Source: Escherichia coli (lineage in GTDB: Bacteria; Pseudomonadota; Gammaproteobacteria; Enterobacterales; Enterobacteriaceae). From it: 64,000 nucleotides of DNA. This document shows positions 43,637-53,298 of this stretch, one piece after another. The position numbers were made by a program, and so were the translations under genes. The stretch lies in the NCBI RefSeq assembly GCF_003790525.1, contig NZ_CP033635.1, one strand, 5' to 3'. The notes below the pieces were generated by a model, which was not told the origin of the DNA, did no database searches, and saw only the letters and a list, made by a program, of their open reading frames with translations. Numbering within the stretch: the stretch's first letter is position 1; each line of letters starts with the position of its first letter.

Positions 43637-44068
43637 TTACATCCGCATGGAAACGGCCAGACGGTTAAAACAATTCATCAGCCCGATGGCAAACGTTAAG
43701 TCGCTGATCTCTGCTGCGCTGAAATGCTCAAGCAAAGGCTGATAAACCTCGTCTTCCGCATGGGTTCTGGCAATTTCGGTTACCGATTCCGCCCATGCCA
43801 GCGCCGCCCGCTCGCGTTCATCAAAATGATGGCTTACGCGCCAACCTGCCAGGGCGTCCAGTTTGTGCTGTGGCACGCCGGATTTGCGCAATGCTTTGCT
43901 GTGCATCTCCAGACAAAATGCGCAGCCGTTGATTTGCGAGACGCGCAAATAAACTAACTCCATCAACGTGGTATCCAGTGTGCTATTTTCCAGTGCCGTT
44001 TTGGCCTGCACTAGTGCGTTATACACTGCCGGGCTAAGTTCGTAGTAAGGCTGACGTAATGTAGTCAT
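43637..44068 (-). CDS. Carboxymuconolactone decarboxylase (CMD)/AhpD-like peroxidase-related protein; no K-12 counterpart at this locus
   Basis: 143-aa ORF with strong AGGAG Shine-Dalgarno; contains GCAFCLEMH (CxxC...H, AhpD-core-like); divergent from the MocR-type regulator. Confidence 0.8.
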   Translation of the reverse strand: MTTLRQPYYELSPAVYNALVQAKTALENSTLDTTLMELVYLRVSQINGCAFCLEMHSKALRKSGVPQHKLDALAGWRVSHHFDERERAALAWAESVTEIARTHAEDEVYQPLLEHFSAAEISDLTFAIGLMNCFNRLAVSMRM

Positions 44069-44099
44069 ACAGTTTCTCCTCTTATTAACGCCCGCAATG

Positions 44100-44120
44100 T
44101 AGCACTATAATGGACTGCTA
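44100..44120. promoter_or_regulatory. Inverted repeat TAGCA-N11-TGCTA enclosing a perfect TATAAT; candidate operator/promoter
   Basis: Located in the 87-bp divergent region between the CMD gene and the MocR gene. Confidence 0.3.
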
Positions 44121-44155
44121 AAGAGAGCCATAAATTACCTAAAAAAGCAGACCAT

Positions 44156-45490
44156 ATGCCGCGCTATCAGGATATCGCCCGTCAGTTAAAAACGGCTATT
44201 GAGCAAGGGGAACTGAAACCCGGCGCAAGGCTGCCTTCAAGTCGTACCTGGTCGCAGGAGCTGGGGGTGTCTCGATCCACTGTCGAAAATGCGTATGCTG
44301 AGCTGGTGGCGCAAGGATGGCTGATCAGGCGGGGACAGGCTGGCACATTTGTCAGTGAGCGGATATATCCGCAACAATCTACTGTACAAGTTGTAGCTTT
44401 TGCCGGTGAAAGTCAGCAACCGTTGCCATTTCAAATGGGATTACCCGCACTCGATCTCTTTCCGCGAGAGCTGTGGGCGCGGGTGATGGGGCGTCGCCTT
44501 CGTACCCAGACGCGCTTTGATTTGGCGTTAGGCGATGTCTGCGGTGAGGCGGCGTTGCGCGAGGCAATAGTTGATTACTTACGCGTTTCACGTGGGATTG
44601 ATTGTCAGCCAGAGCAGGTCTTTATCACTCACGGTTATGCGGCCTCAATAGCTTTAATTCTGCACGCGCTGGCGAAACCGGGAAACGGGATGTGGATAGA
44701 AGATCCCGGCTTTCCACTGATTCGCCCGATTGTCACTCGCCATGATGTGGAAATTTTGCCTGTGCCGGTTGATGACAATGGACTGGATATCACAAGCGGA
44801 ATACAAAATTATCCTGATGCGCGTTTTGCCCTGATAACACCAGCACACCAAAGTCCGCTGGGTGTGGCGCTCTCTTTAGCGCGCAGGCATCAGATACTGG
44901 AATGGGCAGATCGTAGTCAGGCATGGATTATTGAAGATGATTATGACAGTGAGTTTCGCTATCACGGTAAGCCGTTACCGGCGTTGAAAAGTCTCGACGC
45001 ACCGCAGCGGGTAATTTATGCCGGAACATTCAGCAAAGCGCTATTTCCTGCATTGCGCTGTGCGTGGCTGGTGGTGCCGGTGAAGCAAATTGCACAATTC
45101 CGCCACCAGGCGTCACTGGCTCCATGTGCGGTACCTGTTCTATGGCAGAACACACTGGCAGACTTTCTTCGCGAGGGGCATTTCTGGCGGCATCTGAAGA
45201 AAATGCGTCAGCATTATGCTCAACGTCGGCAATGGATTGAGCAAGCGTTGACGCAGCAAGGATTTCAGGTTGTGCCGCAGAAAGGTGGTATCCAGATGGT
45301 GATCAGAATGATAGGCGATGATATTGCCCATGCGCGTAAAGCCAATGCTGCAGGCCTTGCGGTGCAGGCACTTAGCGACTGGCGTATCCGTTCAAGTGGG
45401 GAAGGTGGATTACTGCTTTCGTTTACTAATATCGTTAACGAAGGTATGGCGCGACAGGTAGCACAACAATTACGTAAAGCCTTAAGCTAA
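44156..45490 (+). CDS. MocR/GabR-family regulator (GntR-type HTH fused to a PLP aminotransferase-like domain)
   Basis: 444-aa ORF; N-terminus LPSSRTWSQELGVSRSTVENAYAELVAQGWL is a GntR-type HTH; the remainder is aminotransferase fold-type-I-like. Flagged as absent from K-12 at this position. Confidence 0.8.
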   Translation: MPRYQDIARQLKTAIEQGELKPGARLPSSRTWSQELGVSRSTVENAYAELVAQGWLIRRGQAGTFVSERIYPQQSTVQVVAFAGESQQPLPFQMGLPALDLFPRELWARVMGRRLRTQTRFDLALGDVCGEAALREAIVDYLRVSRGIDCQPEQVFITHGYAASIALILHALAKPGNGMWIEDPGFPLIRPIVTRHDVEILPVPVDDNGLDITSGIQNYPDARFALITPAHQSPLGVALSLARRHQILEWADRSQAWIIEDDYDSEFRYHGKPLPALKSLDAPQRVIYAGTFSKALFPALRCAWLVVPVKQIAQFRHQASLAPCAVPVLWQNTLADFLREGHFWRHLKKMRQHYAQRRQWIEQALTQQGFQVVPQKGGIQMVIRMIGDDIAHARKANAAGLAVQALSDWRIRSSGEGGLLLSFTNIVNEGMARQVAQQLRKALS

Positions 45491-45519
45491 AAAACCCCGA
45501 AGCCAGGCTTCGGGGTCAA
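45491..45519 (-). terminator. Intrinsic terminator of ygaM (abuts the MocR-gene stop)
   Basis: ccccgaag-ccagg-cttcgggg stem followed on the minus strand by TTTTT. Confidence 0.6.
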
Positions 45520-45546
45520 AGACGCGTATTTATTATCATTTTTGCA

Positions 45547-45876
45547 TTACGATTTGCGCATGCTTAACAGTGCGCCGATAAAAATACCCACCGCTGCCGC
45601 TGTACCCACACTACACCAGGGTCTTTCACGAACAAAAGAATCCGCGCAGCCAACGGCATCGCGCGCGGCTTGCTGGACGCGAGTACGACCATGCATCCGC
45701 GCCCTGGTTTCTTTCAGTAGAGCCTGCGCTTTACTACGAGCGGCTTCGGCTTCCCCTTTGGCGTCGCTGCACCAGGACTTCAATACAGATTCGAGACTGT
45801 CAGCTAATTGATTGACATCATTCTGGATATCTTGCACGCCATCATCAACGTCGTTGCGGTTCGGTCGGTTAAACAT
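45547..45876 (-). CDS. ygaM: Ribosome-associated DUF883/ElaB-family membrane-anchored protein YgaM
   Basis: 109 aa from the internal ATG, which has a GGGGGA Shine-Dalgarno (the track ORF is 113 aa); C-terminal TM segment. Confidence 0.8.
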   Translation of the reverse strand: MFNRPNRNDVDDGVQDIQNDVNQLADSLESVLKSWCSDAKGEAEAARSKAQALLKETRARMHGRTRVQQAARDAVGCADSFVRERPWCSVGTAAAVGIFIGALLSMRKS

Positions 45877-46027
45877 ATGATCCCCCATTAGAATTCGATG
45901 TAATTTTCAGTGTAGACCATAATTTTCTTAACTGAGGTTCATCGCGGCTTTATGGACTTTTCTGAAAGCGTTGTGAATGCGCAATCAGGTAAGGTAGGCC
46001 CGCGGTTGATAATAACGAGGATCAAAT

Positions 46028-46372
46028 ATGTATTTACGACCAGACGAGGTGGCGCGCGTACTTGAAAAAGTCGGTTTTACTGTCGATGTGGTAACCCAGA
46101 AAGCGTATGGTTACCGCCGTGGGGAAAATTATGTCTATGTTAATCGCGAAGCGCGAATGGGACGTACCGCCCTGGTGATTCATCCAACATTAAAAGAACG
46201 TAGTTCAACACTGGCTGAACCCGCTTCCGATATTAAAACTTGCGATCATTACCAGCAATTTCCGCTCTATTTAGCGGGTGAACGTCATGAGCATTACGGT
46301 ATCCCGCATGGCTTTAGTTCGCGTGTTGCGCTTGAACGTTATTTGAATGGTTTATTTGGCGAAGCCAGTTAA
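46028..46372 (+). CDS. ygaC: Uncharacterized protein YgaC (DUF2002)
   Basis: 114-aa ORF with GAGGA Shine-Dalgarno; position and length match ygaC. Confidence 0.8.
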
Positions 46373-46408
46373 AGACGCGACTGGCGATGCCAGTCGCGAA
46401 AAGAAGGG

Positions 46409-46858
46409 TCAGGCTTTTACCTGCTGGTAACGGCTGACTTTAAACAGTCGGCGGCAATAATCGAGGAAGTAGCCATAAACCGCCCCCATCAACATCGAAA
46501 CAACGATGTTTGAACTGACTGCCGCCATAATCTGATGCCAGTCTGCGCCCACCACTAACAAGATCGCCACATACACCGGTGACTGGAACGTCACATAAGC
46601 CAGGATATCCGCCAGATTTTTTATCCAGCCCGACGGGCTAACTTTGCGTGCCGCGCGCATAAACAGATCGCGGTACATACCGTATGGCCATGCAATTAAG
46701 ATGTTCACCGGAATCGCTACCAATCTGGAATAAAAAGACTGTTCGAAGCTCATTCCGGAGAGGAAAACTTCAATACACATGTTCACGACAGAACAGTAAA
46801 CAACCATCGCGAACGTATCTGCAACTGCATGACGCAAGCGTGACTGCGGTGAGAACAT
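46409..46858 (-). CDS. alaE: L-alanine exporter AlaE
   Basis: 149-aa membrane ORF matching recalled AlaE. Confidence 0.85.
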   Translation of the reverse strand: MFSPQSRLRHAVADTFAMVVYCSVVNMCIEVFLSGMSFEQSFYSRLVAIPVNILIAWPYGMYRDLFMRAARKVSPSGWIKNLADILAYVTFQSPVYVAILLVVGADWHQIMAAVSSNIVVSMLMGAVYGYFLDYCRRLFKVSRYQQVKA

Positions 46859-47525
46859 GCTAATGCTCCTTAATAAAAGCGTAATGGGATGTTAATGGAG
46901 ATGAAAGCAGTGGATCTCATTGCCATCTGCATTTTCGCATAGCGTATATCGCTGGCTATGACTAATCAATTAGTGAAAAATTTTTATTTAATCTGTTTTT
47001 GTAGATAAAATATTCCGTAACAGCGCGTTTTTTGTACATTGTGGATTTTTACATGCCGATATGATTTATTTTTAATTAAATCAATTGGATATGTGTTTAC
47101 CTTTATTATCACTCATGAAGGTTTGGGGGTGAGGTAACGCTATAAGCGTAGAGAATTCGGTGTATGTCGTGACCGGGTCATTTTCAGCATTTTTTATGCC
47201 AGAAAATGTACATTGACAGCAGAAAGCACCAGTGAGGGGTGTTTCCATTTATTCGGTTAAATTGCATTTTTATTCATTTTTGTTTTGTCAGGCTTGCGGA
47301 ATTAGCGAGCAGAGAGCGCCGCTCTGCTCACAAATAACCGAAATTACTCATCAAAATGGCTAATATATAATCTTGAAATTATTCTGAGAGTTTCAGAAAA
47401 TAACAGCTGAAATAATCTCGCGCAGGACTGTAAATAGATTAAATTTTGTGGAAATATAATAAGTGATCGCTTACACTACGCGACGAAATACTTTTTTGTT
47501 TTGGCGTTAAAAGGTTTTCTTTATT

Positions 47526-47930
47526 ATGTCCGTAATGTTACAAAGTTTAAATAACATTCGCACCCTCCGTGCGATGGCTCGCGAATTCTCCATTGACGTT
47601 CTTGAAGAAATGCTCGAAAAATTCAGGGTTGTCACTAAAGAAAGACGTGAAGAAGAAGAACAGCAGCAGCGTGAACTGGCAGAGCGCCAGGAAAAAATTA
47701 GCACCTGGCTGGAGCTGATGAAAGCTGACGGAATTAACCCGGAAGAGTTATTGGGTAATAGCTCCGCGGCCGCCCCACGCGCTGGTAAAAAACGCCAGCC
47801 GCGTCCGGCGAAATATAAATTCACCGATGTTAACGGTGAAACTAAAACCTGGACCGGTCAGGGCCGTACACCGAAGCCAATCGCTCAGGCGCTGGCAGAA
47901 GGTAAATCTCTCGACGATTTCCTGATCTAA
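47526..47930 (+). CDS. stpA: H-NS paralogue StpA
   Basis: 134-aa ORF beginning [36 protein letters not shown], with the C-terminal [12 protein letters not shown]-binding motif. Confidence 0.9.
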   Translation: MSVMLQSLNNIRTLRAMAREFSIDVLEEMLEKFRVVTKERREEEEQQQRELAERQEKISTWLELMKADGINPEELLGNSSAAAPRAGKKRQPRPAKYKFTDVNGETKTWTGQGRTPKPIAQALAEGKSLDDFLI

Positions 47931-47976
47931 TTACTGAGGCCGGATGCCGCCGCTATGGCGCGTCCGGCGTCGCTTC

Positions 47977-48501
47977 TCAAGCTCGTTGGTTCCACGGCAT
48001 CTTATCTAACAACCTTGCCATCCCACAAAAACCGCTAATTCCTGCAAACAGTAACCCGGCACCAACAAAGCCGCTTAATAAGAAGAAACCGCTATTTACG
48101 GTATAACCCAGTATAACGCCGATTAATATTAAACCACCCGCAGCGATCTGCACCTGGCGCATTAACGGCAAGGGTTGAGATTTATTTACCGCTACTAGTA
48201 ATCCTGCTTTTTTCCAGCCATCAATCCCATCTTCGAGTAAAAAGATTTCTGCGGGGGCGGCAATCGCTGCTAATTTATCGGCGTTATTACTGGTGCGTTT
48301 ACCTGCCTGGCAGTGGAATATAATTTGCTCGCGACGTAATTTAGCCGGAAGACCTGACTGTTCCAGCACGGATAATGGAGCCAGATCTGCTTCAGGAATA
48401 TGTTCACGAAGATATTCATCAGCGTCACGAATATCGATTAACTTTGCGCCGCGTGCGATTAATTCTTGTGCATCATGCGGCGAAATGGTTGTCAAAGCCA
48501 T
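47977..48501 (-). CDS. ygaP: Rhodanese-domain inner membrane protein YgaP
   Basis: 174-aa ORF with an N-terminal rhodanese domain (active-site Cys in FHCQAGKR) and C-terminal TM helices. Confidence 0.85.
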   Translation of the reverse strand: MALTTISPHDAQELIARGAKLIDIRDADEYLREHIPEADLAPLSVLEQSGLPAKLRREQIIFHCQAGKRTSNNADKLAAIAAPAEIFLLEDGIDGWKKAGLLVAVNKSQPLPLMRQVQIAAGGLILIGVILGYTVNSGFFLLSGFVGAGLLFAGISGFCGMARLLDKMPWNQRA

Positions 48502-48510
48502 AGTGACTCC

Positions 48511-48810
48511 TTACGGACAATAGACATTTTTCAGGGTGGCGATAATGGCATTTACCGCCTCATTTTTAATGGAATATAGAATGCGTTGGGCATCCCGTTG
48601 TCTGTCGATAAGCCCTTCGTCCCGCATACGAGCGAGATGCTGTGATGTCGCAGAGGCACTCAGTCCGGTAATGCGCGTCAGCTCTCCCGCACTGGTGCCG
48701 GGGGAACCGCTAAGCATGCACAGAATCAGCAACCGTTTAGGGTGGCTCATTGCTTTCAATAAGGCCGCTGCCTGTTCGGCACTGGCCTGCAATTGCGCGA
48801 GTTCAGTCAT
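48511..48810 (-). CDS. ygaV: ArsR/SmtB-family regulator YgaV
   Basis: 99-aa ORF with an ArsR-type HTH (SHPKRLLILCML). Confidence 0.85.
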   Translation of the reverse strand: MTELAQLQASAEQAAALLKAMSHPKRLLILCMLSGSPGTSAGELTRITGLSASATSQHLARMRDEGLIDRQRDAQRILYSIKNEAVNAIIATLKNVYCP

Positions 48811-48992
48811 AGTTATTTAAGTATTTTCTAAATTAAGAAAACTCTAAACTAAAAATATAACATATGCCAGCATCAGCAGCGTAAATGAGAGTAAAAGCGT
48901 AAGCTGAAACTGGCAGGCTCCGCTAAAATTACTACGCTTAAGAGATAAAATCTCTTTTTAAACAATGAGTAATTTTCTTATAGGGAGTACAT

Positions 48993-49151
48993 ATGGGTTT
49001 CTGGAGAATCGTCATCACCATCATTCTGCCGCCGCTCGGCGTGCTGCTCGGTAAAGGGTTCGGTTGGGCGTTCATTATTAATATTCTGCTGACACTGCTT
49101 GGGTATATCCCCGGTTTGATTCACGCTTTCTGGGTGCAAACCCGCGATTAA
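48993..49151 (+). CDS. yqaE: Pmp3/UPF0057-family small membrane protein YqaE (52 aa)
   Basis: Not in the ORF track (under 60 aa); ATG with AGGGAG Shine-Dalgarno; MGFWRIVITIILPPLGVLLGKGFGWAFIINILLTLLGYIPGLIHAFWVQTRD. Confidence 0.75.
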   Translation: MGFWRIVITIILPPLGVLLGKGFGWAFIINILLTLLGYIPGLIHAFWVQTRD

Positions 49152-49234
49152 ACCTGTCCTCACCCCCGCGGCGTTAACGCGCCGCGTTCCTCTGCTACAC
49201 TTTCTGAGTGTTTCCGTTAACGAATGAGGTAGCT

Positions 49235-49684
49235 ATGGGTCTGTTCAATTTTGTGAAAGATGCCGGAGAAAAACTCTGGGACGCGGTTACAGGTCAGCAC
49301 GATAAAGACGATCAGGCGAAGAAGGTGCAGGAGCATCTGAACAAAACCGGTATACCTGATGCCGATAAAGTGAACATTCAAATCGCCGACGGCAAAGCGA
49401 CGGTCACGGGTGATGGCCTGAGTCAGGAGGCGAAGGAGAAAATCCTTGTTGCGGTGGGGAATATTTCCGGTATTGCCAGTGTCGATGATCAGGTGAAAAC
49501 GGCGACACCAGCCGCTGCCAGCCAGTTTTATACCGTTAAGTCTGGCGACACTCTGAGTGCCATTTCCAAACAGGTCTACGGTAACGCCAATCTGTACAAT
49601 AAAATCTTCGAAGCGAATAAACCGATGCTAAAAAGCCCGGATAAAATTTACCCGGGGCAAGTGTTGCGTATTCCTGAAGAGTAG
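49235..49684 (+). CDS. kbp: Potassium-binding protein Kbp (YgaU; BON plus LysM domains)
   Basis: 149 aa from ATG 49235 ([16 protein letters not shown]), GAGGT Shine-Dalgarno; C-terminal LysM ([18 protein letters not shown]). Confidence 0.85.
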   Translation: MGLFNFVKDAGEKLWDAVTGQHDKDDQAKKVQEHLNKTGIPDADKVNIQIADGKATVTGDGLSQEAKEKILVAVGNISGIASVDDQVKTATPAAASQFYTVKSGDTLSAISKQVYGNANLYNKIFEANKPMLKSPDKIYPGQVLRIPEE

Positions 49685-50347
49685 TTAATTGCCAGCCATC
49701 GCCTGCTGGATAATGGGAATTGGCGTCAGTAAATGCTGGCGCATTAACTCACTGGCGCGCGCGGTATCTCGCGCCAGTACCGCCGCAGTCAGGGTCTGGT
49801 GCTGATCGTGTTTATCCTCCAGCATCTCCACCGAAAGCACTGTTCGCCGCAGCCAGATAAATCGATAGCGCGCCGCCAGATCAAACAACCGTTCACGCAT
49901 TTGCAGCAAATAGTGAGAACCACAGCCCGCCACAATTGCAGTATGAAACGCCTGATGACGAAGATCCCACTCATCAAGCATTTTCTCACTGGCGTCACAG
50001 GCCTCCAGCTTACTGAGCAGATGCGCTTTTGCGAGAACGTCTGCCTCCCATTCATCGCCACCGCGGGCAATCGCCAGACTGACCAGCATCGCTTCCATAT
50101 TGGCGCGGGCGTCGAAAATATCGAGCAGCTCCTGCTCTGACATAGACGCCACCCGATACCCTTTTTGATTCACCACCGTGACCAGCCGTTCCGCCACCAG
50201 TTGCGAAAGAGCTTCCCGTAACGGCCCAACGCCAAGTGCATAACGCGATGTCAGCAAACTCATCCGTAATTTTTCATCCGGTTGAAAATTACCGCGAATA
50301 ATATCGTTCTTCAGCCAGCGATAGCCATCCAGAGACGTAATGGTCAT
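49685..50347 (-). CDS. csiR: GntR-family repressor CsiR (GabC)
   Basis: 220 aa from the internal ATG (MTITSLDGYRWLKNDIIRGNF...), matching recalled CsiR. Confidence 0.85.
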   Translation of the reverse strand: MTITSLDGYRWLKNDIIRGNFQPDEKLRMSLLTSRYALGVGPLREALSQLVAERLVTVVNQKGYRVASMSEQELLDIFDARANMEAMLVSLAIARGGDEWEADVLAKAHLLSKLEACDASEKMLDEWDLRHQAFHTAIVAGCGSHYLLQMRERLFDLAARYRFIWLRRTVLSVEMLEDKHDQHQTLTAAVLARDTARASELMRQHLLTPIPIIQQAMAGN

Positions 50348-50367
50348 GGTGTGACTCCTGATCATTA

Positions 50368-51768
50368 TCAGCGCGTATTATGAACGGGTGTTTTTTGCCA
50401 CAATACCAGCTTTTTCCAGCGAGCCATAATTGGCACGGTACAGATAATCCCTATCGCTAATAAGCCGGTGGAGATCACTTCTAACTGTTGCGCCGGGCGG
50501 AATAGCATCACTACCAACACAAAGGTAATAAAGCCGATGACCAGCCAGGTGAGCCACGGATAAAGCCACATCCGCAGGCGAATTTCGCTTCCTTCTGCTC
50601 GCAGAATTTTGCGCATCCGCAATTGTGAAACGGCGATGACTAAATAAACCAGCAGGGCGATAGCACCGGAGCTGTCGATCAGAAATTTAAACACTTTCGC
50701 AGGCGCGTAATAATTCACCACCACCGTTAAAAATGCCGCGCCGGTGGAGAGTAATACCGCCACATACGGGGTTTTACTGCGGTTGATTTTACCCATTACC
50801 GCGGGCGCATCACCGCGACGGCTTAAGGAGTAGAGCATTCTGGAAGCGGTATACAGCGCCGAGTTCAGGCAACTGGTTACGGAAAGTAATATCACGCAGT
50901 CCATGATTAATTTCGCATGGGGAATATTGAGCAACTCCAGAACCGAGCGATAAGATCCAACGGCTTTCAGCCCCGGCATATTCCACGGTATTAATGCCAC
51001 GACGACAAAAATAGAGCACAAATAGAAGATAGAAATACGCCAGATAACCGAGTTGGTGGCGCGGACAATATGTTTTTCCGGCGTGTCAGATTCCGCGGCG
51101 GCAATAGTGACAATTTCTGCGCCCATAAACGAGAACATGGTGATCAACATCGCGCTTAATACCGCACCGAAGCCGTTGGGCATAAAGCCGCCGCTATCCC
51201 ACAATCTTGAGATCCCGCTCACTTCGGCATAAGGGTAAAAACCGCTAATTGCGACTGCACCAAGGAAAATAAAGGCCAGGATAGCGATGACTTTGCACAG
51301 CGCCAGCCAGAACTCAAATTCGCCGTAGTTTTTAACGCTTAATAAATTACTGCCAGTCAAGGCGAGGGTAATGACCAGGGAAAATAACCAGATGGGAATG
51401 CCTGGAACCCACGAGTGCAGGATCATGGCGGCGATGTTGGCTTCCAGTGGGATAACCAGTACCCAAAACCACCAGTACAACCAGCCGATGGTATAGCCCG
51501 CCCAACGGCCAATGGCTTTATCGGCATAGGTGGAAAACGAACCGGTATCGGGCGTGGCAACCGCCATTTCCGCCAACATCCGCATAATCATAACCACCAG
51601 TAATCCGGCGAACAGATAGGCCAGTAATACCGCCGGGCCCGCTTCGGCGATGGCGACGCTGGAACCGACAAACAGACTTGCGCCGATAACACCGGCAATA
51701 GACAACATGGTGACGTGGCGTGACTTCAGCCCGCCGCCTAACTCATGTGGTTGCGATGATTGCCCCAT
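50368..51768 (-). CDS. gabP: Gamma-aminobutyrate permease GabP (APC family)
   Basis: 466 aa from the ATG at 51768 (MGQSSQPHELGGGLKSRHVTMLSIAGVIG...). Confidence 0.9.
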   Translation of the reverse strand: MGQSSQPHELGGGLKSRHVTMLSIAGVIGASLFVGSSVAIAEAGPAVLLAYLFAGLLVVMIMRMLAEMAVATPDTGSFSTYADKAIGRWAGYTIGWLYWWFWVLVIPLEANIAAMILHSWVPGIPIWLFSLVITLALTGSNLLSVKNYGEFEFWLALCKVIAILAFIFLGAVAISGFYPYAEVSGISRLWDSGGFMPNGFGAVLSAMLITMFSFMGAEIVTIAAAESDTPEKHIVRATNSVIWRISIFYLCSIFVVVALIPWNMPGLKAVGSYRSVLELLNIPHAKLIMDCVILLSVTSCLNSALYTASRMLYSLSRRGDAPAVMGKINRSKTPYVAVLLSTGAAFLTVVVNYYAPAKVFKFLIDSSGAIALLVYLVIAVSQLRMRKILRAEGSEIRLRMWLYPWLTWLVIGFITFVLVVMLFRPAQQLEVISTGLLAIGIICTVPIMARWKKLVLWQKTPVHNTR

Positions 51769-51857
51769 CCTGAATCCTCTCGAAAGTGTGTCACTTGGGA
51801 GAGCGCCCCGACATTTCCCGCGTCGGGTCACGCGTTTAATTGTTATTGGTTCTTTTT

Positions 51858-51995
51858 GCCGGAGAGCGGCTCCGCCTTATCCGGCCGACATAGATTTATT
51901 CCTGTTCACGTACAGATTGTCGGATGCGGCGTAAACGCCTTATCCGACCTGGATTCTCGTAGGCCGGACAAGCCGCAAAGCGTCGCCTCCGGCAT
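51858..51995. repeat. REP/BIME cluster in the gabT-gabP intergenic region
   Basis: Several REP-like palindromes (gccggagagcggctccgccttatccggcc, gtcggatgcggcgtaaacgccttatccgacc, taggccggacaagccgcaaagcgtcgcctccggca). Confidence 0.7.
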
Positions 51996-52004
51996 GGTGC
52001 GGTG

Positions 52005-53285
52005 CTACAGCTTCGCCTCAGCAAAACACTGGCTGATGATCTCCAGACCCTGACGGATCTGAGCGTCTTCAATGGTGAGCGGTACAAGGATGCGCAGCAC
52101 GTTGTAATACGGGCCGCAGGAGAGAAGAATCAGACCCTTATCGCGGGCGCGTGCCACGATCTCGGCGGTGAGTTTTGCGTCCGGTTTGCTGGGATCGCCA
52201 TCTTCAAACAGCTCGATGGCGATCATCGCCCCCAGCCCGCGTACGTCGCCGATCTCCGGGTGTTTTTCGGCGATCGCCAGCAATCCGTCTTTCAGCTTCT
52301 GCCCCAGAACGTTGGCTTTTTGCAGCAGATTTTCCTGCTCGAACACCTTCAACACTTCCAGCGCCGCTACGCAGGCAATCGGGTTACCGGCATAGGTGCC
52401 ACCCAGTCCGCCCGGTGCGACGGCGTCCATCACTTCCGCGCGCCCGGTGACGCCCGCCAGCGGGAAACCGCCTGCGATCGATTTCGCAAAGGTGGTGAGA
52501 TCTGGTGCCACGCCCATTTGCTCCATCGCAAACAGCGTGCCGGTACGCCCTGCGCCGCTCTGCACTTCATCGGCAATCAGCATGATCCCGTGCTCGTCAC
52601 ACAGCGCGCGTAAACGCTGCATAAAGGCTGGCGTCGCGGCGTAGAAACCGCCTTCGCCCTGAACGGGCTCAATCACGATGGCGGCGATATCTTCCGGCGC
52701 GGCATCATTTTTGAAGATCCGGTGGATGCTGGCGATAGCGTCATCCTCGCTTATGCCGTGCAGCGGGCAAGGATAAAGCGCGCGATAAACATGACCCGGC
52801 ATCAGCCCCATGCCCGCAGAGTACGGATTCACCTTGCCGGTCAGCGCCAGCGTGTAATGCGTGCGCCCGTGATACGCGCCGCTAAAAGCGATGGTGCCGC
52901 TACGTTTGGTGGCGGCGCGGGCGATTTTCACCGCGTTTTCCACCGCTTCGGAACCGGTCGTAACCAGCAGCGTTTTCTTGGCGAAATCGCCCGGCACCTT
53001 CTGATTCATAATCTCGCACAGCTCCAGATACGGCTCGTAAGCCAGCACCTGGAAGCAGGTGTGCGACAGTTTTTTCAACTGCGCTTCCACCGCGGCCACC
53101 ACCTTCGGATGCAGGTGCCCGGTATTGAGCACCGCAATCCCGCCCGCGAAATCAAGATACTCACGGCCTTCAACGTCCCACACCCGGCAGTTTTCCGCGC
53201 GGTCAGCGAAAATCGGGTGAATTTGCCCAACGCCACGGGGAATCGCCTGACTGCGGCGCTGCATTAACTCTTTATTGCTGCTCAT
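52005..53285 (-). CDS. gabT: 4-aminobutyrate aminotransferase GabT
   Basis: 426-aa ORF, PLP class III aminotransferase. Confidence 0.9.
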   Translation of the reverse strand: MSSNKELMQRRSQAIPRGVGQIHPIFADRAENCRVWDVEGREYLDFAGGIAVLNTGHLHPKVVAAVEAQLKKLSHTCFQVLAYEPYLELCEIMNQKVPGDFAKKTLLVTTGSEAVENAVKIARAATKRSGTIAFSGAYHGRTHYTLALTGKVNPYSAGMGLMPGHVYRALYPCPLHGISEDDAIASIHRIFKNDAAPEDIAAIVIEPVQGEGGFYAATPAFMQRLRALCDEHGIMLIADEVQSGAGRTGTLFAMEQMGVAPDLTTFAKSIAGGFPLAGVTGRAEVMDAVAPGGLGGTYAGNPIACVAALEVLKVFEQENLLQKANVLGQKLKDGLLAIAEKHPEIGDVRGLGAMIAIELFEDGDPSKPDAKLTAEIVARARDKGLILLSCGPYYNVLRILVPLTIEDAQIRQGLEIISQCFAEAKL

Positions 53286-53298
53286 TCGCGTTCTCCAG

